Shown here piece after piece: positions 1-9,549 of a DNA stretch of 32,000 nt. The first letter of the stretch is position 1. Each line of letters starts with the position of its first letter. This DNA comes from Fastidiosibacter lacustris (lineage in GTDB: Bacteria; Pseudomonadota; Gammaproteobacteria; Francisellales; Francisellaceae), in NCBI RefSeq assembly GCF_003428155.1, contig NZ_QLIR01000017.1, positions 7,976-39,975 on the forward strand, written 5' to 3'. The notes under the pieces are model-generated. The model had not been told where the DNA came from and did not search any database. It was given only the letters and a program-made list of their open reading frames with translations. The translations under genes and the position numbers were made by a program.

Positions 1-61
1 CACTAGTTGCTATAGCTGCATTCCCTGCCATATTGCTCTCCAATAGGTAAATACATGACAT
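1..61 (-). CDS. 5' end of a CDS truncated by the window; N-terminus MSCIYLLESNMAGNAAIATS, possibly an ATP-grasp enzyme
   Basis: Not in the ORF track. On the minus strand, AGAAGGAG sits 6-7 nt upstream of an ATG at 61..59, followed by 20 open codons to the edge. 'LLESNMAGNAA' resembles the N-terminal 'xxIESNTTGTG' strand-turn of some biosynthetic ATP-grasp ligases. The family call rests on a very short peptide. Confidence 0.5.
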   Translation of the reverse strand, partial: MSCIYLLESNMAGNAAIATS

Positions 62-124
62 TTTTTTCTCCTTCTAGTTAGCTTTTTAAAATCAAGTTAC
101 ACTATATAACTTTAAAAGTGGTGA

Positions 125-1498
125 TTAAATTAAACTCTTTAAGCAGGCTGTTAGCTCATTCTCAAAGGCTCTTGTTAATAGCTTTCTTCCTTCATGAAAA
201 CCACTTAAGTCAAGTTTGCCTGAATAAGTATGGTGTTCGATCAAGTCTGTCCCATTTAGAATTCTTTTGCTAAGTTGGAGCTCAGTTTTCTGTTGAGCCA
301 AATATGTTTTTTTCAGCCCAACTGACGAATATGCCACTCTAATTTTGATTTTATCAAATCCCATTGTAATAGCCGGAGATAGCGCTAATTTGAAATTCCT
401 TAATGCGTAACTTGAAAAATCAAGGCTATTTCTTATAGACAATGCTTTGACCTTCTTTTTTGCGAGTAATTGATCAAAACACAGTACAATGCCATGTCCT
501 GATTCTGGTTGATGCAAAACTGAAACTAATTCTTCTTTCAGGCTATGGTTTATCTCTTTTACCAACATATTTATAATTCCCACCCTTTTTTTGCATTCAA
601 CGCTATTTTCTTCAAAATAGCTCTTTGGAATGCAAAAAGCCGCAGACACCATATCACCCAGTATTTTGGGGATAGTGGCAGAACGACTGATAATAAATGA
701 GTTGATCTCAGAAATTATTTCCCGCGACCCACAACACCATCCTATGCGTAAATTTGCTAGGTTAAATCGCTTAGAAGCGCTCTTAACGGTAATAACTTTG
801 TCAGCATACTCTTTGAAAGCTTCTAGTTGAGGCGTTCTGTTGGAAAAATCAAATTCTGTACCTGAAAATACGCTATCAACGATAACCCAAATCTGATAAT
901 CATAAGCAACTTGAGCAAGTTTTTTCAATTCACACTTCGTATATATCGCTCCGCTATGGGTAGGATTTTGCAGGAAAAGTCCATTTATTTGTTTATTCTC
1001 ATTAAGATAAAGGATTAACTCTTCTGCTGTTAATTTATAATCGCTATCTAACTTGGTATATAAATGATTTAGATTACCTCCATACAATGAAAACCATTTA
1101 GGAACATTGTGGTAATAAGAGGTTGGTATGACAAAATGAAGGGAACCAAGCTTTTGTTTTAAAATTTGTAGAATCGAACAAATAAGCGTTGAAGATCCAA
1201 AATCAATTGCAATATTTTTTGCAATATCTTGATCAATACCATCTTCAATAAAATCTGAGAAAATATTGTGCTTTAATTCATCATGTTCTTGCAAGTACAA
1301 ATAATCATCCAAAGAGCCATTTACAGAATCTAATAACGACACAATTCCTTTAGTAAGGACATCAGGATGAGGTCTTCTTATCCCGTCACCATGCGCCAAA
1401 GAAACGATATCCTTATCAAACATTGAAGGATATAATTTTAGTTCAGAGTCATTAATCCCGCCCAGTATTTTTCTTGCTTCAGTGAGATGCTTAAGCAT
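125..1498 (-). CDS. PLP-dependent class I/II aminotransferase-like enzyme (fold type I)
   Basis: 457 aa. Contains NPTHSG (Asn of NPT/NxxG), IWVIVDSVF (PLP Asp), SASKRFNLANLRIGW (Schiff-base Lys) and KIRVAYSS (C-terminal substrate Arg). Overlaps the upstream gene by 8 nt. Confidence 0.85.
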   Translation of the reverse strand: MLKHLTEARKILGGINDSELKLYPSMFDKDIVSLAHGDGIRRPHPDVLTKGIVSLLDSVNGSLDDYLYLQEHDELKHNIFSDFIEDGIDQDIAKNIAIDFGSSTLICSILQILKQKLGSLHFVIPTSYYHNVPKWFSLYGGNLNHLYTKLDSDYKLTAEELILYLNENKQINGLFLQNPTHSGAIYTKCELKKLAQVAYDYQIWVIVDSVFSGTEFDFSNRTPQLEAFKEYADKVITVKSASKRFNLANLRIGWCCGSREIISEINSFIISRSATIPKILGDMVSAAFCIPKSYFEENSVECKKRVGIINMLVKEINHSLKEELVSVLHQPESGHGIVLCFDQLLAKKKVKALSIRNSLDFSSYALRNFKLALSPAITMGFDKIKIRVAYSSVGLKKTYLAQQKTELQLSKRILNGTDLIEHHTYSGKLDLSGFHEGRKLLTRAFENELTACLKSLI

Positions 1499-2630
1499 GA
1501 ATTAACTCCCATTTTTCAGCGAACTTCTTATAGCGTGAAGCTAACTCCCAAGCATGTACCTCAATATTTTTAGTATCAATGTTCTTGCAATAATAACCCA
1601 AAACAGAGTGCACAATCTCGACAGAGGCATCCATGAGAATGACTCTCCCATCCTCCGTAATTTCTTGAATACCATCAAATTGCTGACCAAGTTTATTGAT
1701 TTGTATGGCTTGCTCTAGAGTAACATCTTCTGGGAGGTCAAATTGATATTGTCCAGCTTTTATTTGCAATGGATAGCCTCCAATTAACCCCATAGGTCCT
1801 GGCGCATGAACTGAAGTAAATTCCTTATTAGTAAAGGCCTGTATTAACCTGGCTGCTGAAGAAGCAGTAATCCACATTCCATCTTTTCCACGTGGGCGAG
1901 TAAGCTCTGTTTTCACTAAATTAAAAATATCATCATGAGAGATCCCAACTAAAAGATCCTCTCCATTTCTATCTCTTGCTTCCAGTATGTATGGGGCTTT
2001 AGATTGTCCTTGTGATGGAATAGCATTGCTGACTGCATGGTGGCAAACCATCTTTACGTGCACTTCATGTACATTGATCTCATGTTTTAATGCAATAGCA
2101 GATTGTATGGCAGGAACTATATTGGCAACATTACCTATTCCAATATCAGGGGAGAGTCCAAGTGTTTTTAAAGCCGGATTTATAGCATCTGGAAATGCTG
2201 AGTTAATCACAATACCTTTGATTCCACTTTGTTTATATGCCTTCATTAACTTATAAACAGGCGCAAGATGCATAGGAATCCACGGTCCAATACCAGCTAA
2301 AGAAAGCGCTTTGTAAATTGGCTCTGGGAGACTTGAAATTACCCAATAAGACTGCATAGTTGCTGTATTAAAGATTATATCAGGGTTGAGTTCTTTTAGC
2401 GTGCACGATGTTTCTTCAACATTGTCTAGATCAATATTTACATGACGTATAGTTATATGATTATTCAGATTAAGTGAAGACAATGAGGCAAGATTTACCA
2501 GTTGCTTTCCTCTAAGACTATTTCTAGTTCCAATGATAATTTCAACTTGCTTAGGCTCTAGCAACGTCCAACTTAACATTTTTGTTACCATAGACGCCAA
2601 AACACCATTCCCTATAATTAACAATTTCAT
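1491..2630 (-). CDS. Saccharopine dehydrogenase-like NAD(P)-binding oxidoreductase
   Basis: N-terminus MKLLIIGNGVLASMV (GxGxxx Rossmann), followed by EIIIGTRN and PDIIFNTATM. The start is moved from 2681 to 2630 because AGGAGGG (2643..2637) lies 6 nt upstream of this ATG and the homologous Rossmann strand begins here. 379 aa. Confidence 0.75.
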   Translation of the reverse strand: MKLLIIGNGVLASMVTKMLSWTLLEPKQVEIIIGTRNSLRGKQLVNLASLSSLNLNNHITIRHVNIDLDNVEETSCTLKELNPDIIFNTATMQSYWVISSLPEPIYKALSLAGIGPWIPMHLAPVYKLMKAYKQSGIKGIVINSAFPDAINPALKTLGLSPDIGIGNVANIVPAIQSAIALKHEINVHEVHVKMVCHHAVSNAIPSQGQSKAPYILEARDRNGEDLLVGISHDDIFNLVKTELTRPRGKDGMWITASSAARLIQAFTNKEFTSVHAPGPMGLIGGYPLQIKAGQYQFDLPEDVTLEQAIQINKLGQQFDGIQEITEDGRVILMDASVEIVHSVLGYYCKNIDTKNIEVHAWELASRYKKFAEKWELIHA

Positions 2631-2755
2631 TTCCTTCCCTCCTACAGGTATTCCTTCTTGATTAATACTATTAAAGTCCATAATATAGTCATCCTACAAA
2701 ACGAAACAATACCACAAAAAATAAGATTATCAAAAATAAATCTCAAACTGTAAAA

Positions 2756-3445
2756 CTAAAGAAATTCTATTGCATTTTTCATCTGCCAGATTTTGATTTC
2801 CCAACCATTCTTGAGTGCAAGTTTTTTAAGCTTAGGATCTGGATTAATGCAAATAGCTTGATCAACAATTTCTAGTAATGGTGCATCGTTAATTGAGTCA
2901 GAATAAAATATGCTGTTTTTAAATAGTTTTTGTTGTTGAGCAAGCCATTGCTGATAATGATAAACTTTCCCTTCAGCAAAGCTCAGAGGCTCAAGCACTT
3001 CTCCTGTGATTACCCCATTTTCCTTGATGCTTTGTACACCAATAATATTATCTTCTTCAAACCCAAGCAATAAACCAATTGGACGAACAATGTCAATTAT
3101 ACTGGCTGAAATAAGTAGAATTTTACCACCTTGAGCTATACTCTTTTGGATGGTATGATATGCCTCAGGATAAGTACATTCATTGACAATATATTCGGCA
3201 AAATTATTAAATATTTTTTGCAAGTCATCACTGCTATAGCCAATCAGCGGTTGCAATATAAAACGAGAAAAGCCAAGCATATCAACTTGACCTTCAAGAT
3301 AAGCGCGGGCATAGGCATTTTTAGTTGCCATATAAGCTTTTGGGTTATTCACAAAGTTTTGTTGACAGAGATATTTTGTCCACTCATTAGAGCAGTCAAC
3401 AGAAATAAGAGTATGGTCAAGATCAAAAAGAGTGATGTTAGGCAT
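2756..3445 (-). CDS. HAD-IB family hydrolase (SerB-like phosphatase)
   Basis: FDLDHTL (DxDxT motif I), ISAS (motif II), K in the LKK/EGK region, YSDSINDAPLL (motif IV). 229 aa. Confidence 0.88.
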   Translation of the reverse strand: MPNITLFDLDHTLISVDCSNEWTKYLCQQNFVNNPKAYMATKNAYARAYLEGQVDMLGFSRFILQPLIGYSSDDLQKIFNNFAEYIVNECTYPEAYHTIQKSIAQGGKILLISASIIDIVRPIGLLLGFEEDNIIGVQSIKENGVITGEVLEPLSFAEGKVYHYQQWLAQQQKLFKNSIFYSDSINDAPLLEIVDQAICINPDPKLKKLALKNGWEIKIWQMKNAIEFL

Positions 3446-3497
3446 TATAATAAATTCTTACATATTTATGTTGCTTTAGTTTACATGACACTTCCCA

Positions 3498-3517
3498 CAT
3501 TGCACTAGAGTGCAATG
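3498..3517. promoter_or_regulatory. Near-perfect dyad CATTGCACT-AG-AGTGCAATG upstream of the HAD gene
   Basis: 9-bp perfect inverted arms with a 2-nt spacer, in the intergenic region between the divergent HAD gene and recN. Confidence 0.4.
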
Positions 3518-3657
3518 CAACTTGCAGCACAGTTTTTATCATACCTCTTATAATAATTTAGAATTATCAAACCCACACCCCTCAATGATATTTTAAAAGA
3601 TTTTTGCCTTAAGATATGTTAAATTTTTGGTACACTGTGTTTGATACGAAAGAGCCT

Positions 3658-5319
3658 ATGCTAAGTTTTTTGAGTATTAAAAATTTTGCCATCATCAAAA
3701 GCACTGAAATCCATTTTAAACAAGGCATGACCACTATTACCGGAGAAACTGGTGCTGGAAAGTCAATCTTGTTAGATGCACTTAATATTGTGCTAGGTGC
3801 AAGAGTTGACAAATCGAATTATCCTCAGAGTGAACCTTGTGAAATCTCCGCTATTTTTATTATTAAAGATATTCCTGAAGCAATACGTTTTCTAGAAGAA
3901 TTGGAACTCAATGAAGGCAGTGAATGTATTTTACGGCGCATTATCCATCATGATGGTAAAAACCGTGCTTTTATTAATGGTGCTCCAGTCACGTTAAACC
4001 AACTCAAAACATTAAGCCCGTACCTTATTAGTATTTATGGTCAAAATGCGCATCACAGTTTACTTGAATCAGCTAATCAACTCTTACGTTTAGACACTTA
4101 TGCAGGTCTTATCAATGAAATTGAGTCACTTTCACAAACTTATAAAACTCTAACTGAGCTTACTCATGCTATCACTGACGAAGAAGAGAAAATTGCTAAG
4201 GAAAAAATAGCTTTGGTCTTGATGCAGTATCAATATGATGAACTTAAACAACTTGAATTGAAAGAAGATGAACTTCAGCAATTAGATAGTGATCACAAGC
4301 AACTAGCTAATGCTAAAGGACAAATTCAAGCTATTGCGCAGATAAGCGATATTGTAAATGACAGTGAACAAAGTTTATTAAGTATGATAGATCACCTATT
4401 AAATAGCCTATATTCTTATAGTGAACAGCCACAGTTCAAAAACATATTAGAACTACTTACACAAGCTAAAGTCTATCTCCAAGAATGTGATCAAGAAGCA
4501 AAATCAATTCTTAATCAGTTGGAAGTCAATCCTGAGAAGCTCTATGAGGTTGAGCAAAGACTCGATCATATTTATAAGCTTGCTCGTAAACATAAAGTCG
4601 AACCGAAATTATTATATCAACATATCGCAGAACTTGAACAAAGCTTATCCCTTCACGATCAAAGTGAACAAAAGCTAAAAGAATTAATCGCACAAAAAGA
4701 TGTGCTGCAACAAAGTTATCTTAACCTGGCCAAAGACCTAAGTAACAAGCGTCAAATAGCAGCTAAAGCATTTGCTAAAGAGATTGAAACACATATTCAT
4801 AAGCTTAATATTCCTAAAGGCGAATTTTATGTCAAACTCACACCAAGCAAAACACAGCAGGCGACAGGGATAGACCACTGCGAATTTTTGATTAACTTTA
4901 ACACAGGACAACAAGCTGCTGTAATTGACAAAGTCGCTTCAGGTGGAGAATTAAGTCGTATTGGTTTAGCTATTCACGTCGTTTCTTCTAAAAAAATAGC
5001 ACCTCCTACTATTATTTTTGATGAAGTAGATGTAGGAATTAGTGGTGGCACTGCTGAGATCGTTGGCAAACTATTAAAACAGGTTTCACAAAATGCCCAA
5101 ATTCTCTGTATCACTCATCAAGCACAGGTGTCCATTCAAGGCGATCAACAACTTCATATTGTTAAAAAACACCTCAAAGATCATACGGTTTCTGAAATCA
5201 TTGAGCTTGATAAAAATCAGCGAATTCACGAAACTGCTCGCATCATTGGTGGTGTTGAGATGACCGATAAAACCTTACAGCATGCAAAAGAGATGTACGA
5301 ACTTTATCATTTGCAATAA
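3658..5319 (+). CDS. recN: DNA repair ATPase RecN
   Basis: MLSFLSIKNFAIIKSTEIHFKQGMTTITGETGAGKSILLDAL (Walker A) and ASGGELSRIGLAIHV...PTIIFDEVDVGISGGTA (ABC signature/Walker B). The ORF-track start at 3616 adds 14 residues not expected in RecN; the ATG at 3658 aligns with the family N-terminus. Confidence 0.95.
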   Translation: MLSFLSIKNFAIIKSTEIHFKQGMTTITGETGAGKSILLDALNIVLGARVDKSNYPQSEPCEISAIFIIKDIPEAIRFLEELELNEGSECILRRIIHHDGKNRAFINGAPVTLNQLKTLSPYLISIYGQNAHHSLLESANQLLRLDTYAGLINEIESLSQTYKTLTELTHAITDEEEKIAKEKIALVLMQYQYDELKQLELKEDELQQLDSDHKQLANAKGQIQAIAQISDIVNDSEQSLLSMIDHLLNSLYSYSEQPQFKNILELLTQAKVYLQECDQEAKSILNQLEVNPEKLYEVEQRLDHIYKLARKHKVEPKLLYQHIAELEQSLSLHDQSEQKLKELIAQKDVLQQSYLNLAKDLSNKRQIAAKAFAKEIETHIHKLNIPKGEFYVKLTPSKTQQATGIDHCEFLINFNTGQQAAVIDKVASGGELSRIGLAIHVVSSKKIAPPTIIFDEVDVGISGGTAEIVGKLLKQVSQNAQILCITHQAQVSIQGDQQLHIVKKHLKDHTVSEIIELDKNQRIHETARIIGGVEMTDKTLQHAKEMYELYHLQ

Positions 5320-5426
5320 CCATAACAAAAACCAAAGTGCATAATTCAAAGTGATAAAATCTGTAAAATGGTTTGTGATAGGTATATAATAATGCCACTT
5401 CACTCAAAGTATAAAAAAATTTCTAA

Positions 5427-6233
5427 ATGTTGATTTATCCACAAATTGACCCCGTTGCATTTTCACTTGGTCCAATTAAAGTACACTGGTATGGCATTAT
5501 GTATCTTGTGGGCTTTGCTGGGGCGTGGGCTCTTTCACTTATCCGTTGCAAAAAACCATATAGTCCGATTAATAAAGACCAAGTTTCTGATATGATTTTT
5601 TATGCAGCTTTGGGCGTTATCGTAGGCGGACGCCTTGGCTATATGGTTTTTTATGATTTATCTAATTTCATCAGTGCACCTTGGGTTATTTTTAAAGTCT
5701 GGGATGGTGGCATGGCATTTCATGGTGGTTTAATCGGAGTGATTCTTGCAATCTCCTTATTTTGCCGCAAACATAAATGTAATGTTTTTGATATTCTTGA
5801 TTTTATTGCTCCTATGGTGCCGATTGGACTAGGTGCTGGACGATTGGGTAATTTTATAAATGGTGAGCTTTGGGGGCGTGTAACAGATTCCCCGATTGGA
5901 ATGATTTTTCCAAATGGCGGTCCTTTGCCACGTTATCCTTCCCAGTTATTGGAGTTTGCATTAGAAGGAGTGGTATTGTTTGTTATTTTATGGTTTTTAT
6001 CACGTAAGAGACGACCTCGTTTGTTTATCTCAGCAAATTTCTTGGTATGGTATGGACTCTTTAGATTCATTGCTGAGTTTTTCCGTCAACCTGATTCACA
6101 AATGGGTTATATGCTATTTGACTGGATGACGATGGGACAATTATTATCTTCACCTATGATTATTTCTGGGCTTTTAATCTTACTATATCTTTCGATGCAA
6201 AATAAGAAATCTACTCAAATCCATAAGGAGTGA
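5427..6233 (+). CDS. lgt: Prolipoprotein diacylglyceryl transferase
   Basis: [56 protein letters not shown] signature, C-terminal [11 protein letters not shown]. Confidence 0.97.
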   Translation: MLIYPQIDPVAFSLGPIKVHWYGIMYLVGFAGAWALSLIRCKKPYSPINKDQVSDMIFYAALGVIVGGRLGYMVFYDLSNFISAPWVIFKVWDGGMAFHGGLIGVILAISLFCRKHKCNVFDILDFIAPMVPIGLGAGRLGNFINGELWGRVTDSPIGMIFPNGGPLPRYPSQLLEFALEGVVLFVILWFLSRKRRPRLFISANFLVWYGLFRFIAEFFRQPDSQMGYMLFDWMTMGQLLSSPMIISGLLILLYLSMQNKKSTQIHKE

Positions 6234-7069
6234 CGATGCAACAATACCTTGACTTTCTACGTTATATAAATAGCCATGGCATAGTTAAAACAGATCGCAC
6301 AGGCACAGGTACTAAAAGCATTTTTGGCTATCAGATGCGCTTTGATTTAACAAAAGGTTTTCCGCTTGTCACCACCAAAAAAGTCCATTTTAAAAGTGTA
6401 GTTTATGAGCTTTTATGGTTTTTAAAAGGCGATACCAACAACAATTACCTTCTTGAGCACGGCGTACGCATTTGGAATGAGTGGGCGCTGGAAACCGGAG
6501 ACCTTGGTCCTATTTATGGCAAACAATGGCGTAGCTGGCAAACGCCTACAGGAGAGACAATAGATCAAATTCAACAAGCCATTGATCTAATCAAATTTCG
6601 TCCAGACTCAAGGCGTATTATTGTAAATAGTTGGAATCCTGCGGTTTTACCAGACGAATCCCTCTCGCCTCAACAAAACGTTAAAAAGGGAAAAGCAGCA
6701 TTGCCACCTTGTCACACTTTGTTTCAATTTTATGTCGCAAATAATAAACTTTCGTGTATGCTCACTCAACGCTCGGCTGATGCGTTTTTAGGTGTGCCAT
6801 TTAATATTGCTTCATATGCCTTATTAACATATATGGTTGCACAACAATGTAATTTAGAAATTGGCGAGTTTATCTGGTCGGGTGGTGATTGCCATATTTA
6901 CAGTAATCATCATGAACAAATACAAGAACAACTTTCACGTAACCCTTTTCGATTACCAACGCTTTCTATCAATCGTAAACCTGAGTCTATTTTTAGCTAT
7001 GAGTTTAATGATTTTGAGGTCGTAAACTATCAATTCCATCCCACAATAAAAGCTCAGGTTGCCGTATAA
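6230..7069 (+). CDS. thyA: Thymidylate synthase
   Basis: [35 protein letters not shown] active-site Cys, [29 protein letters not shown]. Overlaps lgt by 4 nt. Confidence 0.97.
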   Translation: MTMQQYLDFLRYINSHGIVKTDRTGTGTKSIFGYQMRFDLTKGFPLVTTKKVHFKSVVYELLWFLKGDTNNNYLLEHGVRIWNEWALETGDLGPIYGKQWRSWQTPTGETIDQIQQAIDLIKFRPDSRRIIVNSWNPAVLPDESLSPQQNVKKGKAALPPCHTLFQFYVANNKLSCMLTQRSADAFLGVPFNIASYALLTYMVAQQCNLEIGEFIWSGGDCHIYSNHHEQIQEQLSRNPFRLPTLSINRKPESIFSYEFNDFEVVNYQFHPTIKAQVAV

Positions 7070-8310
7070 TGACACAACAAATGACCTCTTTAAATAAAGC
7101 TGCTATTAAAGTTCTTCTACTTGAAGGCATCCATGAACAAGCGCAAAACGCTTTTATTCAAGCAGGTTACAACAACGTACAAACGCTCCCACATGCACTA
7201 GATGACGATGCACTCATTATCGCTTTACAAGATATTAAAGTTGTGGGAATACGATCACGTACACAATTAAGCGAAAAAGTACTTAAAGCATGCTCTCACC
7301 TGATCGCTATTGGTTGTTTTTGTATTGGCACTAACCAAGTAGATTTAGATGCTGCACAAATTTTAGGCATTCCAGTTTTCAATGCTCCTTTCTCAAATAC
7401 ACGTAGTGTCGCTGAGCTTGTAATCGGTCAAATGATTTTACTTTATCGTAACGCTATAGATAAAAACATCCAAATGCACCGTCAAAATTGGCTAAAATCA
7501 ACAGCTGGTGCACATGAGGTGCGTGGGAAAACACTTGGTATTATCGGTTATGGGCACATCGGATCTCAAGTAAGCGTACTCGCTGAAAATTTGGGATTGA
7601 ATATCCTTTTTTATGATATTGAAAACAAGCTCCCATTAGGCAATGCCAAAGCATGTGCTAGCATTTTTGACTTATTAAAACAATCTGATATCGTCACACT
7701 TCATGTGCCTGATACACCTAGCACACAAAACATGATTGGTCAAAAAGAGCTAAGCTTGATGAAGGAAGGAAGTGTTCTTATTAATGCTTCACGTGGTAAC
7801 GTTGTGGATATTAAAGCACTTTCTGATGCACTTAAGTCAGCACATTTAAAAGGTGCTGGAATCGATGTTTTTCCTAAAGAGCCTTCTAAGAATGGAGAAT
7901 TATTTGAAAGTGAACTTATTGGGTTAAATAACGTATTTTTAACACCTCATATTGGAGGTAGCACACTGGAAGCCCAACAAAACATAGGTCTTGAAGTTGC
8001 TGATAAGCTTATTAAATATAGTGACAACGGCTCAACTATTTCAGCAGTGAATTTCCCTGAGCTTTCTTTACCCACACAAGCAAACGTCCATAGAATCTTG
8101 CATATCCATGAGAATAAACCAGGCACGATGCGTGCAATCAACCGTGTTTTTTCTGACCATAACATTAACGTTGAAGGACAATTTTTAAGAACACTTAATA
8201 ATATTGGTTATGTGGTTATAGATATTAATAGTATTGAGGATACTTCACGTGTACTCGTGCAACAATTAAAAGCGATTGACGGTACTATTCGCTCACGTGT
8301 CTTATTTTAA
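7069..8310 (+). CDS. serA: D-3-phosphoglycerate dehydrogenase with C-terminal ACT domain
   Basis: IGCFCIGTNQVDLDAA, NAPFSNTRSVAELVIG, GKTLGIIGYGHIGSQ, LTPHIGGSTLEAQQNIGLEV, ACT-like HIHENKPGTMRAINRVFSDHNINVEGQ. Abuts thyA. Confidence 0.96.
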   Translation: MTQQMTSLNKAAIKVLLLEGIHEQAQNAFIQAGYNNVQTLPHALDDDALIIALQDIKVVGIRSRTQLSEKVLKACSHLIAIGCFCIGTNQVDLDAAQILGIPVFNAPFSNTRSVAELVIGQMILLYRNAIDKNIQMHRQNWLKSTAGAHEVRGKTLGIIGYGHIGSQVSVLAENLGLNILFYDIENKLPLGNAKACASIFDLLKQSDIVTLHVPDTPSTQNMIGQKELSLMKEGSVLINASRGNVVDIKALSDALKSAHLKGAGIDVFPKEPSKNGELFESELIGLNNVFLTPHIGGSTLEAQQNIGLEVADKLIKYSDNGSTISAVNFPELSLPTQANVHRILHIHENKPGTMRAINRVFSDHNINVEGQFLRTLNNIGYVVIDINSIEDTSRVLVQQLKAIDGTIRSRVLF

Positions 8311-8313
8311 AAC

Positions 8314-9549
8314 ATGAATACCGCACTTACTAATATTCGAACTTACATTATTCAATATGATAGCCAACACCTATATGTTGCTTATAGTGGTGGGATAGAT
8401 TCTAGTGCACTTTTATACCTATGCTCACAATTAGCGTCAGAAGTTTCTGTACATGCCATTCATATCCATCATGGCTTAAGCCCTAATGCTGATAATTGGT
8501 TTATACATTGCCAAAATCAAGCTTATGCTTTAAATATTGATTTCATCAGTCACAAACTTACTCCTCCTAATAATAAAAGCAATATCGAAAGCTGGGCTCG
8601 TAATAAGCGTTATACTTTCTTTCAAGAAGTTTTATCTCTTAACCCTAATAGCTTGCTTGTCACTGGTCACCATATTGAAGATCAAGCCGAAACATTTTTA
8701 CTAAATGCACTTCGTGGTAGTGGTGTTAAAGGTTTAGCATCGATTGCACCACAACAAGCTTTTGCTAATGGACATTTAATTCGTCCTTTTTTACATTTGA
8801 CTAAGCATGTTCTACATAAATTCTGTATAAAGCATGGTCTAAAATGGATTAATGATGAAAGCAATGACAATATAAATTTAAGACGAAATGCCATTCGTCA
8901 TATAATTATGCCTAAGCTTTGTAACATTACAGAAAGTGCAACGATAACGTTGACTAGGAGTGCAAAGCTTTGTGCTGAGGCACATCAATTAATACAAAGT
9001 TTCTTATATCCTCTTTTAGATACTGTGCGTGTTGATAAAAATCATATTAACCTTAATCATCTGCACACTTACCCTATATTACAACAAAAGCATATGGTTA
9101 AACTCTGGCTTGATGAATTAAATTGCCACGTTTCATTTGAACAACTTGAGCAAGTTTGCCTTGGAATCAGCAAAGCCTGTAGTAATTGGCACTTTGAACT
9201 CAGTGATCATATGCTTCACATTGAAAATAAGCGATTGTTTATTACAGCTAAGATGAATGATATCAACCTCAATCACAAGTCAAGTAGAGATGAAATATTT
9301 AGCTGGCTTAAACTCCAAAACCCAAGTTTTAATATGCCAAAAGAAGTACTCCTTATACGTAATCGCGAACCTCATGATCGCTGCCAACCGATAGGGCGCA
9401 ATCACAGTCAAAAATTAAAAATTATTTTTCAAGAAAAAGGAATTAGTGCTGTTAAACGTAAACAGGCTTTAATCATTTGCCTTAAGCATGATCCAAATAA
9501 CATTATTGCAGTTTATCCTTTTTTTGTTTGTCGTTCTGGGCAAACGTAA
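8314..9549 (+). CDS. tilS: tRNA(Ile)-lysidine synthase
   Basis: YVAYSGGIDSSALLYL (SGGxDS PP-loop), HIHHGLSPNADNW, GHHIEDQAETFLLNALRGSGVKGLASI. The gene directly follows serA. Confidence 0.93.
   Translation: MNTALTNIRTYIIQYDSQHLYVAYSGGIDSSALLYLCSQLASEVSVHAIHIHHGLSPNADNWFIHCQNQAYALNIDFISHKLTPPNNKSNIESWARNKRYTFFQEVLSLNPNSLLVTGHHIEDQAETFLLNALRGSGVKGLASIAPQQAFANGHLIRPFLHLTKHVLHKFCIKHGLKWINDESNDNINLRRNAIRHIIMPKLCNITESATITLTRSAKLCAEAHQLIQSFLYPLLDTVRVDKNHINLNHLHTYPILQQKHMVKLWLDELNCHVSFEQLEQVCLGISKACSNWHFELSDHMLHIENKRLFITAKMNDINLNHKSSRDEIFSWLKLQNPSFNMPKEVLLIRNREPHDRCQPIGRNHSQKLKIIFQEKGISAVKRKQALIICLKHDPNNIIAVYPFFVCRSGQT

Noticed and set aside
630-830. 66-aa plus-strand ORF inside the aminotransferase gene
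   Set aside because: It is fully antisense to a well-supported CDS and has no recognisable domain or clear translation signal.
1987-2256. 89-aa plus-strand ORF inside the saccharopine-dehydrogenase-like gene
   Set aside because: Antisense shadow of a real gene. The Cys/Ile-rich composition is typical of reverse-strand reading.
3131-3508. 125-aa plus-strand ORF
   Set aside because: Mostly antisense to the HAD phosphatase with all motifs on the other strand. Its end only runs into the dyad at 3498.
3540-3657. LexA/SOS box upstream of recN
   Set aside because: I looked for CTGT-N8-ACAG and found no convincing match on either strand. SOS control cannot be claimed.
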